Positions 29,442 through 37,581 of a stretch of DNA of 46,335 nt are shown here, in pieces. Every line of letters starts with the position of its first letter. The stretch's first letter is position 1. The position numbers and the translations under genes are program-made. The DNA lies in assembly GCA_033697325.1 (NCBI GenBank), contig GCA_033697325.1_4854.1, one strand, 5' to 3'. The notes under the pieces are model-generated. The model had not been told where the DNA came from and did not search any database. It saw only the letters and a program-made list of their open reading frames with translations. The stretch comes from a phage.

Positions 29442-30254
29442 TTAATTCTCATTAGAAAATGCTTCGCAACTCTCGCTGCATGAACCAGTATCGTACTGGC
29501 GCATTGACGTCATTCGTGATGCCAGTTCATCCCTGCTTACATCGTTAAATAAAACTATAACGTCGCCAAGACTTCTGTTTGAGCGATACATTATCTTGTC
29601 TGATTTTTTATCTTCATCCTGAATCATCTTCCAAAACTCAGCAGCAAGTTCCGGCTCATCCTTTGCAGCAAGTGCAACTTTCTGCAGGCTCTTCTTGATG
29701 CAGAAAACGCAATTACCAAGATGCTCCTGAATACCAAGGTCGAATGGTTGCATTGACCACCAGTCAAGGATATCCTGCTTTTCAAAGTCGCTAATGTCTG
29801 CAAGGTAATGAAAACCGTCACCTCGGTTCTTTAACCGGTTTGGTTCATCGGACCTGATGCCAAGCCATCTTTCGTAGTTTCCTTTCCCGTATTTTTCATT
29901 ACAGTATTTAGTGAATGGCACGGTCTTCATTCTGTCGGTGCAGAATGCTCCACCAACGTATGGATGACCATACTTACGCAACATTCTCCGCCACGGCTCA
30001 AGGTCTGGACCAATCTCATCGACGGTTAGCTGCTCATACGTACTTGCCTTACGCATTTGCATATTTGGAACCACGCGAATACATGTCACGGCGACATTGA
30101 AATGCTTTGCGAAGTTGCGAATAAACTCATACGTTTTTGGGTGCTCTGCTCCAGTATCCATAAAGATAATTTCGGCTTCTGGGTGTATCTTTAGCACCTC
30201 CAGCGTCATAAACGCTGAAGTTCTACCGCCTGAAAAGCTAATAACTTGATTCAT
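29442..30254 (-). CDS. PP-loop ATP pyrophosphatase, PAPS reductase-like (DndC/IbrA-like N-domain)
   Basis: N-terminal SFSGGRTS PP-loop motif; 270 aa; SD aaaggag; own promoter. Confidence 0.7.
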   Translation of the reverse strand: MNQVISFSGGRTSAFMTLEVLKIHPEAEIIFMDTGAEHPKTYEFIRNFAKHFNVAVTCIRVVPNMQMRKASTYEQLTVDEIGPDLEPWRRMLRKYGHPYVGGAFCTDRMKTVPFTKYCNEKYGKGNYERWLGIRSDEPNRLKNRGDGFHYLADISDFEKQDILDWWSMQPFDLGIQEHLGNCVFCIKKSLQKVALAAKDEPELAAEFWKMIQDEDKKSDKIMYRSNRSLGDVIVLFNDVSRDELASRMTSMRQYDTGSCSESCEAFSNEN

Positions 30255-30287
30255 GTCCGTCGCTCCTTTCTTATATCTACATCACTC

Positions 30288-30316
30288 ATATTGCGGTCAT
30301 TAGGTATCTACGTCAA
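30288..30316 (-). promoter_or_regulatory. Leftward promoter for PP-loop gene with motif pair
   Basis: Minus strand TTGACG, 17-nt spacer, CAATAT; motif copies at 30275-30284 and 30306-30315. Confidence 0.35.
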
Positions 30317-30358
30317 TATTTATTATAAACAAAACACCTAGTCAGGGTCTTTTGATTG

Positions 30359-30901
30359 CTACAGACGCATAGGCATAACAACAATCTTCGCAGTCTCGCC
30401 AGATGGCGCGCTAAGGCAGCAAACTGCGGCATTTGTGTTTCCATTCAGTTCAAACTTAACGCTACTGAATTTATGGTTAAACAGCTTCGCCACTTTCTCA
30501 ATATCAACAAGGTAGCCAGCATTGAAGCCAATTTCCTCTGTTGGTAAGGTCTGCTTCGGTATAACACGATCAATATCAGGGAATCGACCATCAATCTCTT
30601 CACAGATACCAGCGCCCACAATTGTGTCCATATGGCCAAAATGATAGGTAACGATTCCAGATTTTGTATCGATTATCGCATGGTTATATTTCTTTGTCGG
30701 AGACTTGCTGACCTTTACAATTATATTTTCAGCAATCTCGTTGTCATGACCGCCACCAATGAATGCGCGATGACCGTCAGTTGACGCAATGCGACCATCA
30801 GTCATGAAGCAGATGCCGTTCAGGTAGTAGCGCGCATCATTGCGCGCCTGAAATATTAATGCTGACTCAAGTAATAATTTGCTGATTTTTAGTTTCATCA
30901 T
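30359..30901 (-). CDS. Truncated DNA polymerase III beta sliding clamp (DnaN) homolog: domain II plus C-terminal half of domain III
   Basis: DARYYLNG...ASTDGHRA, DGRFPDIDRVIPK, EEIGFNAGYLVD and C-terminal IVVMPMRL line up with E. coli DnaN residues about 130-366 as recalled from memory. Domain I is absent. Confidence 0.65.
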   Translation of the reverse strand: MMKLKISKLLLESALIFQARNDARYYLNGICFMTDGRIASTDGHRAFIGGGHDNEIAENIIVKVSKSPTKKYNHAIIDTKSGIVTYHFGHMDTIVGAGICEEIDGRFPDIDRVIPKQTLPTEEIGFNAGYLVDIEKVAKLFNHKFSSVKFELNGNTNAAVCCLSAPSGETAKIVVMPMRL

Positions 30902-31071
30902 TTCACCTTAATCATGTGCTGTTTTGCAACCTTCAGGCATTCTTCAAAAATGCCACCTTTCTTAGCGCTCTGATTGCGCTTGTAATACTGAATTGCCGCA
31001 TCAATTGCCATCTGGTCGATATCAGGCAGCTTGGTGCGAAGTTGTTTTTCGATGAATTGTTCTGGTGTCAT
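30898..31071 (-). CDS. Hypothetical small protein (57 aa)
   Basis: Translationally coupled on both sides; below the ORF track cutoff. Confidence 0.4.
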   Translation of the reverse strand: MTPEQFIEKQLRTKLPDIDQMAIDAAIQYYKRNQSAKKGGIFEECLKVAKQHMIKVK

Positions 31072-31880
31072 CACATCTTCTCCAGAATTGCCATAACCTC
31101 GTGAATGTCAGCAACAGGAATCTGGATAAATTCCTCATCCTCTGCCACAACATGGCCAGCAGGTAGAATCACGTGTTCTGCCGGCTTCAATAACTCAATC
31201 AGGCGGTCTACTGGCTTAATCTTTTTCGACTTCAGCACTTTTGCTGTGACCTTGTCTTTGCCTTGCGCCTTCGCTTCTTCCACGGCCTCGTCGATAACTT
31301 TTACCGCATCATCGCCATGCTCGCGCGTTACTGCTACGGCATTTGCATAGCTGATTTGTCCGGCACTGATGCGCGCTTTCACTTCCGCTGGCACATCACC
31401 CAGCGACAGGTGCATTTGCACGTCAGATACTGAGCGACCTACCTTTTTGGCTATTTCCTCGTTGGTCCAGCCAAATCCTTTCAGTCGCGTGTAAGCCTTT
31501 GCGCGCTCAAACGGGTCAAGTTGCTTGCCCTGACTTGATGACACCATGAAGGCGATTTTGTCCGCCTCGTCGCCAGTGAAATCCTTACATTCAATGCGAA
31601 CGATTGGCGCACCACGCTCAATGGCACGCAATGCGCCGAGATAGCGGTGCTGACCGTCAAGAATGCGGATTCCCTTCTCATCTGGAATAACTGTTAACGC
31701 TGGTAATGGCTGACCGGACTCCCAGCACTGCGCGAAATATTCGACATGCTGTTCATCTGCTTCACGGATGTTGTATCCCGGCTCAAGATAGATTTGCTCC
31801 ACTGGAACGAGATAGGTTTTGTTTACCGCGATGCCGTTGCGCGTCTCTTTGTCTGAATAGATTTTGCTGAGTGTTTTCAT
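31071..31880 (-). CDS. DGQHR-domain / ParB-like protein with HTH
   Basis: Exact DGQHR motif in IRILDGQHRYLGAL; HTH-like WTNEEIAKKVGRSVSDVQMHL; SD aagga. Confidence 0.7.
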   Translation of the reverse strand: MKTLSKIYSDKETRNGIAVNKTYLVPVEQIYLEPGYNIREADEQHVEYFAQCWESGQPLPALTVIPDEKGIRILDGQHRYLGALRAIERGAPIVRIECKDFTGDEADKIAFMVSSSQGKQLDPFERAKAYTRLKGFGWTNEEIAKKVGRSVSDVQMHLSLGDVPAEVKARISAGQISYANAVAVTREHGDDAVKVIDEAVEEAKAQGKDKVTAKVLKSKKIKPVDRLIELLKPAEHVILPAGHVVAEDEEFIQIPVADIHEVMAILEKM

Positions 31881-31883
31881 TGT

Positions 31884-32063
31884 TTATCCTTGAAATCCAT
31901 GTGAGTAAGCATAGTTATATGCATCTTCTGAGTTATCAAAATATTCATAATCAGTCCATCCATCGCGAATAAACTGGCAGCACCAGTGGGCTGGAATGCC
32001 TTCGTCTGATGCTTGATAAAAAACATCAACAACCACAACTTCTGTTTCACCTTCCATTTTCAT
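31884..32063 (-). CDS. Hypothetical small acidic protein
   Basis: First gene of the leftward island operon; ATG 32063 with SD agaggtg. Confidence 0.4.
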   Translation of the reverse strand: MKMEGETEVVVVDVFYQASDEGIPAHWCCQFIRDGWTDYEYFDNSEDAYNYAYSHGFQG

Positions 32064-32098
32064 CACCTCTAACATTTATTGTTGTTTCTACGTCACTA

Positions 32099-32127
32099 AC
32101 TATAAACACCTCATCAATCTACGTCAA
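32099..32127 (-). promoter_or_regulatory. Leftward promoter for the island operon
   Basis: Minus strand TTGACG, 17-nt spacer, TATAGT; motif copies at 32086-32095 and 32117-32126. Confidence 0.5.
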
Positions 32128-32144
32128 CAGGAATATGCTAAAAT
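32122..32144 (+). promoter_or_regulatory. Rightward extended -10 promoter
   Basis: TGcTAAAAT at 32136-32144. Confidence 0.4.
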
Positions 32145-32293
32145 CATGCTAATCAAACAACAGGAGATTCAAACATGGGTTCAACAAATGGTCCTTCCCG
32201 TTCACGCGCTACTGGCAACACTAAAACTGGCGGCAAAACTGGCGCAGTGGAGCCAAACGGCTCTACCCGCTCACCATCGCGCGGTAAAAAATA

Positions 32294-32734
32294 ATGTTCG
32301 GCGCAGACATTGCCATCATGATCATGTATGTGTTGGGATTCGCCTGCACGGGCATGATTGCGTTTCTGGTGTTCATTCCGGCAATGGTGATGTCTGCGTA
32401 TCTTGGATGGGTGCTTGTTGGTTCATTTCCCGCCGAATATCTGTATTACCTTGCGCAGTCTATGGTCTGGTTATTTCCGGCTATTGCCTTGCGCAAAAGT
32501 ACAAAGATGGCGATCTGCGTGCTGACGATGAGCCTTTACGAATGGCTGGTTGCGATAGAGTCATTCGTATGGGAATTTATCACGCCTGTAGAAACGCCGC
32601 TTCATGCGCAGTACGCATTTATTATTATCGGCATCCATCTGTTCATCCTTTCCATCACTTTTAAATGGGGCGGCGAAATTGGACATTATTCTTGGCGTGG
32701 TCGCCATTGTTTTTTCGCTGATTCAAATCTATAA
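32294..32734 (+). CDS. Putative membrane protein (frame and extent uncertain)
   Basis: Several hydrophobic helices; overlaps two other hydrophobic ORFs in different frames. Confidence 0.3.
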   Translation: MFGADIAIMIMYVLGFACTGMIAFLVFIPAMVMSAYLGWVLVGSFPAEYLYYLAQSMVWLFPAIALRKSTKMAICVLTMSLYEWLVAIESFVWEFITPVETPLHAQYAFIIIGIHLFILSITFKWGGEIGHYSWRGRHCFFADSNL

Positions 32735-32766
32735 GTGCTGGAAACATATCATCAGCGAGACACGCA

Positions 32767-33051
32767 ATGAACGGAGCACTAAGGCAATTCGCAGAGCAGA
32801 TTATAAGCGGAACGACAGGACAGGTGATTGATAAGGCTGGATATGCTTCTATTGGCACCGGTATCGGTCTGAAAGTTGCAGAACAAACACCTGTCACGCA
32901 ATCTTATTTTGAGGCTATGATTCCACACAGCCTGACAGAGTGGGCGGCAGTAGCGTCAATCCTCGGCGCTCTTTCTCTGGTAATAAAGAACCTGTTTGAA
33001 ATGTGGTGGAAAGTACGGGAGTCGAAAAAAAATGGCAGCACCAACACCTGA
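32767..33051 (+). CDS. Putative small membrane protein (holin-like topology)
   Basis: C-terminal TM AAVASILGALSLVI followed by a charged tail. Confidence 0.3.
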   Translation: MNGALRQFAEQIISGTTGQVIDKAGYASIGTGIGLKVAEQTPVTQSYFEAMIPHSLTEWAAVASILGALSLVIKNLFEMWWKVRESKKNGSTNT

Positions 33052-33424
33052 AGAATTAGTAAGCCAGATGGCATCCCGTGGAATGACTATCACCACAACG
33101 GATGCGTCTGGCATTCTGTGCCTTGTGGCATCAATCAGCGAATGCCTTGAGCTGAATTACCCCAATGATGAATGCCGACAAAATGCGATCATGTTGTGGG
33201 CTTCAATCCTGATTGGGGCTAATACCGCAGGCCGCTACGTCACTAGTCAGAGTGCACCATCCGGAGCGTCGCAATCATTCGCTTATGGCAGCAAGCCGTG
33301 GGTGGCACTTTATAACCAGATGAAATTACTGGACAGCGCGGGATGCACTGGCGATTTAGTGGAAGACCCTGACGGAAGCGGTAAGCCGTGGTTTGCGGTT
33401 GTGCGTGGGAGTAAATGCAAATGA
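33032..33424 (+). CDS. Putative head-tail connector protein (gp6-like)
   Basis: Size and position immediately upstream of head-tail joining genes; N-terminal PTPEEL region. Confidence 0.4.
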   Translation: MAAPTPEELVSQMASRGMTITTTDASGILCLVASISECLELNYPNDECRQNAIMLWASILIGANTAGRYVTSQSAPSGASQSFAYGSKPWVALYNQMKLLDSAGCTGDLVEDPDGSGKPWFAVVRGSKCK

Positions 33425-33762
33425 CTTCGCTGGCTCGGTTCTCCTACACACAACCATGCACCATCTGGCACAAAAGCGGCACTGATAAGTACGGCAAGCC
33501 AACTTTTGACGCCCCAGTGAGCATCATGTGCGATTATGGATTTAACGATGATGTATCGACTGACGCGAAAGGCAATGAGATTGTGCAGAAAAATACCTTC
33601 TGGACAGAATACACTGGCGCTAAAGTGGGTGATTACATCATGATTGGAACAGTGACAGAAGTTGACCCGCTGGCGGCTGGCGCAAACCAGATTCTGAACG
33701 TGATTAATTATGGCAACACCCTGAATAGGGCAGAGCCACCCGACTTTGCACTGGTGACATAA
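33421..33762 (+). CDS. Putative head-tail joining / head closure protein
   Basis: ATGA coupling; size and position. Confidence 0.4.
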   Translation: MTSLARFSYTQPCTIWHKSGTDKYGKPTFDAPVSIMCDYGFNDDVSTDAKGNEIVQKNTFWTEYTGAKVGDYIMIGTVTEVDPLAAGANQILNVINYGNTLNRAEPPDFALVT

Positions 33763-34160
33763 TGCCAGCGAAATTAAGAGGCATCCGGCAGGCAGTAGAA
33801 AGAACATCGCAGATTGTGGATGAGATAATCGCCACAAAAGCTGTACGTGCAATCAAGTCAGCGACATACATCATCCGCACCGAATCAGCAACGCTAACGC
33901 CAATTGATACATCGACGCTGATTAACAGTCAGTTTGATACCGTGGAAGTTAGCGGAACGCGAATCACTGGCAAAGTTGGCTACTCTGCAAAATATGCGCT
34001 GTACGTTCACAATGCCAGTGGCAAACTTGCAGGTAAGCCGCGCAGCAACGGCAATGGCACATACTGGTCACCGGGCGCTGAACCGCAATTTTTAACCAAA
34101 GGGGCGCAGCGCACGAAAGACCTTGTTGATAGCGTGATTAAGGAGGAGATGAAACTGTGA
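33762..34160 (+). CDS. Putative tail component (HK97 gp10-like)
   Basis: Size and position; stop/start overlap. Confidence 0.4.
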   Translation: MPAKLRGIRQAVERTSQIVDEIIATKAVRAIKSATYIIRTESATLTPIDTSTLINSQFDTVEVSGTRITGKVGYSAKYALYVHNASGKLAGKPRSNGNGTYWSPGAEPQFLTKGAQRTKDLVDSVIKEEMKL

Positions 34161-34531
34161 ATATGCTTGAACTGGTTGACGCATATCTTCAGGATGCCGG
34201 ATTATACGATGGCTGGACTTCGCAGTTGCAGTTCTGGAATGATACCGGAGATGGCAGCGAGCAATTTATTGTCCTGCAATCCAATGGTGGTACGCAGGTG
34301 ATGGATGGCCTCGGCGGTGACTTCTATTTCTCATTATATATTGTCGGCAAACATGGACAGTATAACGTTTCGGATGTTGACGCTAAAGCCAATGAGATTA
34401 TCGAATACATCAAAACCCATCCGATTGATTCATGCGTTAACTACATCCAGTTGCAGGCACCACTCGGAAGACCAATGCTGACGGAAGAGAAGCGACCTGT
34501 GCATGAGTTGCTTTTGCGGGTTGTGAAATAA
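34157..34531 (+). CDS. Putative tail completion / terminator protein
   Basis: Size and position upstream of the major tail gene; GTGA overlap with SD aggagg. Confidence 0.4.
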   Translation: MNMLELVDAYLQDAGLYDGWTSQLQFWNDTGDGSEQFIVLQSNGGTQVMDGLGGDFYFSLYIVGKHGQYNVSDVDAKANEIIEYIKTHPIDSCVNYIQLQAPLGRPMLTEEKRPVHELLLRVVK

Positions 34532-34534
34532 ATA

Positions 34535-34556
34535 AAGCCGCATAAAGCGGCTTTTA
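34535..34556. terminator. Bidirectional intrinsic terminator
   Basis: agccgc-ataaa-gcggct hairpin then tttt; also sits right after the tRNA 3' end on the minus strand. Confidence 0.6.
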
Positions 34557-34559
34557 ATT

Positions 34560-34636
34560 TGGTGGACACGGACGGATTTGAACCTTCAATCAGCCGATTA
34601 TGAGTCGGTTGCTTTAACCAATTAAGCTACGCGTCC
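34560..34636 (-). tRNA. tRNA with CAU anticodon (elongator Met or lysidine-modified Ile2; not initiator-like)
   Basis: 77-nt cloverleaf folded by hand: 7-bp acceptor stem including one GU, D-arm with GG, anticodon loop CUCAUAA, T-loop GGTTCAAATCC, discriminator A, encoded CCA. G1-C72 pair argues against initiator. Confidence 0.75.
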
Positions 34637-34660
34637 ATAAGTGCTGGTTTAAGCATTGCC

Positions 34661-34726
34661 AGCGTGCTTTCTTAATATCCAGCCCCGTAACCCATACATA
34701 CCCCTATATATGATTGCGATAATGCT
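34661..34726. repeat. 13-bp perfect inverted repeat (cttaatatccagc / gctggatattaag) with 40-nt loop
   Basis: Lies in the non-coding stretch between the tRNA and the leftward promoter at 35067-35095. Confidence 0.5.
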
Positions 34727-35066
34727 GGATATTAAGTGTTGTGGCGTTTCGCGATTAACTGAAACTGGCATAACAATGGATGCAAACCTATCCAAATAAT
34801 CAAGATGGCATTACCACAACGGAAAGAGCACTGGCTAACCAAGCGCGCCGACTCTTCACGATTATCGACTCAATGCTCTTACCTGTTGTGTGCCCATTAT
34901 TAATCACACCGGGCCAGTGCGCCGAATTTGTTTACAAGGAATCGGAAGACCTTGCTGACTTACAGGCTATTACGCCGCCATCAGAACAACATCATCGTTT
35001 GCATTTATCTTTGTGGTCAGTTTCTAAAAAGTCCGCAAAGTCGCTCACGAAAACTATCTGAAATAC

Positions 35067-35095
35067 AATCTACACCACAAAATAATCACTGTCAA
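35067..35095 (-). promoter_or_regulatory. Leftward promoter pointing at the non-coding region and tRNA
   Basis: Minus strand TTGACA, 17-nt spacer, TAGATT. Confidence 0.5.
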
Positions 35096-35110
35096 CACCT
35101 GTGATATAAT
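35090..35110 (+). promoter_or_regulatory. Rightward extended -10 promoter for tail genes
   Basis: TGaTATAAT at 35102-35110. Confidence 0.5.
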
Positions 35111-35146
35111 CACCACGTTAGCAGCTAACACAATTCGGAGATCGAA

Positions 35147-35863
35147 ATGGCTATTTGTGCAAATGATAAGGGCGTTCTGGTCGGTCGCATGACACGACTG
35201 TTCCTTGCTGAGGGGTGCGGCGACGCAGTTCCGGAGGCAGGAGACTGGAAGTATTTAGGCTCAACCACCAGTAAAGGCGTTGACTACTCGCCGCAGACCA
35301 CCACGTCGGAGGCAGATACCGCTGGCGGTTTTGTTTCCACTCTCGTTACCAGCTCTGATATGACCATCAGCGCAGAGGTGGAAATCCGCAAGAATGACCC
35401 AAGCGATGAATTTGGCTTCCACCGTCTGGTTGAGATTTACGCCACTGAACTGAAAGCGCGTCGTCAGCCTTCTTTGTGGGTACGCGAGGTAACTGGCGCA
35501 ACTATCGTTACTGCGTACTGCAACATTACCAGCATCAGCTACGAAGGTGGCACTAACGACATCGTGACTGGCAGCCTTGAGTTCAAGGTTTACGATTCTG
35601 ACAGCGTTACCGTCGAAAGCCTTGAACCTCTGGCGTTCACCACCGACCTGCCATCAACTGGCAGCACTGGCAGTCCGTTAACGGTTGCTGTTGAAGGTGG
35701 CGTCGCACCATACACCTACGTCTGGCGCAAAGATGGTGTGGTTGTTGGTGGTGAGTCTGGCTCATCACTGGCAAGCCCTACAGCTGGCGTATACACCGTC
35801 ACGGTAACAGATTCATCTACTGACCCGGAAGTTATTATCAGCACGGCGTGCACCGTATCCTGA
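35147..35863 (+). CDS. Major tail protein with C-terminal Ig-like domain
   Basis: 238 aa; C-terminal PYTYVWRKDGVVVGG...AGVYTVTVTDSS is Ig-like; SD ggaga; position before chaperone and tape measure genes. Confidence 0.6.
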   Translation: MAICANDKGVLVGRMTRLFLAEGCGDAVPEAGDWKYLGSTTSKGVDYSPQTTTSEADTAGGFVSTLVTSSDMTISAEVEIRKNDPSDEFGFHRLVEIYATELKARRQPSLWVREVTGATIVTAYCNITSISYEGGTNDIVTGSLEFKVYDSDSVTVESLEPLAFTTDLPSTGSTGSPLTVAVEGGVAPYTYVWRKDGVVVGGESGSSLASPTAGVYTVTVTDSSTDPEVIISTACTVS

Positions 35864-35867
35864 TAAA

Positions 35868-35896
35868 GAAAAAGCCCCGAAAGGGGCTTTGTTTTA
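35868..35896. terminator. Bidirectional intrinsic terminator
   Basis: agcccc-gaaa-ggggct hairpin with A-run before and T-run after. Confidence 0.65.
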
Positions 35897-36100
35897 TTCT
35901 TGTGGTGGTTCCGGTAGTGGCATCCAGTGGGTCACATTAACTTCATCATAATATGATTGGTCGTAAGAATAAATATCCCAACTAACATGCTCTCCATATC
36001 GTAGATAAAAGCCTTCATGAACTTGCTTTAAATTATCGTAAACAATTACATCCTCGCCTTCTTCAGGCATTCGCTCACTACACTTAATCCACTGGCTCAT
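35894..36100 (-). CDS. DUF551-like phage protein
   Basis: MSQWIKC..ERMPEEGE...THWMPLPEPP hallmark as recalled; ATGA coupling. Confidence 0.5.
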   Translation of the reverse strand: MSQWIKCSERMPEEGEDVIVYDNLKQVHEGFYLRYGEHVSWDIYSYDQSYYDEVNVTHWMPLPEPPQE

Positions 36101-36429
36101 AATTTATCCTCATTCATTTCCAGAAAGACAATCATGGCAGCGCGGAGTGGGTTTGTATCGAATGTTGTCTCTCCACCTTGACCATCTGCAAACCATATAT
36201 CTCGATGGGCGCTTGGGATTACCGATATAAAATTATTTGTAATAATCGGCCATGCATCAGCTGGGTTGTTGCATGGGTCAAACTTTCGCTTAATATTTTT
36301 GTCATCAAAAAAGAAGAATCCATCGGAACATATGTGAGCCAACCCACCATTGGGGCAAAGGTTACTACTAACAAAAAAGAAAACCTTTTGCGCTATTTCC
36401 AAGTCACTCATATCTTCATAATTTTTCAT
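36097..36429 (-). CDS. Hypothetical protein (110 aa)
   Basis: SD aaggtga; ATGA coupling. Confidence 0.45.
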   Translation of the reverse strand: MKNYEDMSDLEIAQKVFFFVSSNLCPNGGLAHICSDGFFFFDDKNIKRKFDPCNNPADAWPIITNNFISVIPSAHRDIWFADGQGGETTFDTNPLRAAMIVFLEMNEDKL

Positions 36430-36569
36430 ATCACCTTATCCTCATCAAAAATCACACCAATCACACGAAGCAAATCTTTCGCCATGCGCTCTGCTTCTTC
36501 GTAATCGTAACCTGCATCGACATACAAATCAGTATAAAAAATCAAGTCAGCTTTTGTTTGTTCGTTCAT
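36426..36569 (-). CDS. Hypothetical small protein (47 aa)
   Basis: ATGA coupling at both ends; found by reading. Confidence 0.35.
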   Translation of the reverse strand: MNEQTKADLIFYTDLYVDAGYDYEEAERMAKDLLRVIGVIFDEDKVI

Positions 36570-36760
36570 TTTTTATCGTCACTCTTAACTAATGCCCAAA
36601 CAAGCGCCGCAACCCAGCCAATAAAACTCCATCCTACAAGAATATTCAGCACACAGATTGCTGTCGTGTTTGTGTGCTTTCTTTGCAATGCCACAAATGA
36701 TGGGAGAAGATAAGCAAATACAACAAACCCAGCGAAAAGCAACAAAATAACAACATCCAT
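36566..36760 (-). CDS. Small membrane protein (64 aa, two TM helices)
   Basis: SD gaggtga; hydrophobic segments. Confidence 0.45.
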   Translation of the reverse strand: MDVVILLLFAGFVVFAYLLPSFVALQRKHTNTTAICVLNILVGWSFIGWVAALVWALVKSDDKK

Positions 36761-36795
36761 AACTCACCTCAGTCATATCTCGTTTCGATGACTTG

Positions 36796-36824
36796 AATCT
36801 ACATCACCGCCTAGCAGGTGTCAA
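36796..36824 (-). promoter_or_regulatory. Leftward promoter for accessory operon
   Basis: Minus strand TTGACA, 17-nt spacer, TAGATT; motif at 36797-36806. Confidence 0.5.
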
Positions 36825-36844
36825 CACCACTGAGATGATATAAT
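36819..36844 (+). promoter_or_regulatory. Rightward extended -10 promoter
   Basis: TGaTATAAT at 36836-36844. Confidence 0.45.
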
Positions 36845-36873
36845 CAACATCAGTTAAATTCAGGATGCAAAAC

Positions 36874-37581
36874 ATGAGCAATCGCACGCCACTAACAGAA
36901 ATCGGAGAGATGCGCATCTCGCTTTCCGACAGGAGTTTTTTCTTCAAGCCATCATTCCGCGCCATGAATGAAATCGGCACACCAAAAGAAATCGTCGAGG
37001 TGTACGCTAAGCTCAATGGCATTGATTATGTTGCGCCATTGCAGCACGTTGAGTACTTACCATTTGGCGCGCAGATGCAGGTCATGAAGACTATCAGTAA
37101 GCCAGTATATGGTCGACATGTACTGAGCGCAGCCTATATCGTCATGCAGTCATGCTGTGAAGATGATATTTCCATGCTGATTGGTGGATGGAAGCCAACT
37201 CCGCGCGGCGTGCGATACGTTCCCGGCATCATGCCAGTGAACGACATTATTATTATTGCGCGCAACCTGATGGAGCATGGCATCATCGGCAAATCACCAC
37301 TCAAAGTTCCTGAACGTCTGGAAGAGCATGGCAAGAAAACCACAAACGAGTTTCATGCATCGCAATACATTATCTCAGCACGCACGCATTTCGATATGAC
37401 GCGCGATGAAGCCGAAAACCTGTCCATGACAGAGTTTCAGATGATGATTAAAAATAAATATCCAGAGCCAAAAGGATTAACGAAAGAAGAGCGCGCGGCA
37501 GAGTACGATCAGGCTAAAGCAGACCGTGAGCGCATGAAGGCACTGGCTGAACGCAAAGCGAAAAAAGCGAGGAATACATAA
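36874..37581 (+). CDS. Putative tail assembly chaperone (position-based)
   Basis: Directly upstream of the tape measure gene with a basic C-terminus; no second frameshift ORF seen. Confidence 0.35.
   Translation: MSNRTPLTEIGEMRISLSDRSFFFKPSFRAMNEIGTPKEIVEVYAKLNGIDYVAPLQHVEYLPFGAQMQVMKTISKPVYGRHVLSAAYIVMQSCCEDDISMLIGGWKPTPRGVRYVPGIMPVNDIIIIARNLMEHGIIGKSPLKVPERLEEHGKKTTNEFHASQYIISARTHFDMTRDEAENLSMTEFQMMIKNKYPEPKGLTKEERAAEYDQAKADRERMKALAERKAKKARNT

Noticed and set aside
32146-32664. 172-aa plus-strand ORF
   Set aside because: Cys/His/Arg/Val-rich low-complexity translation overlapping better candidate genes; looks like an out-of-frame artefact.
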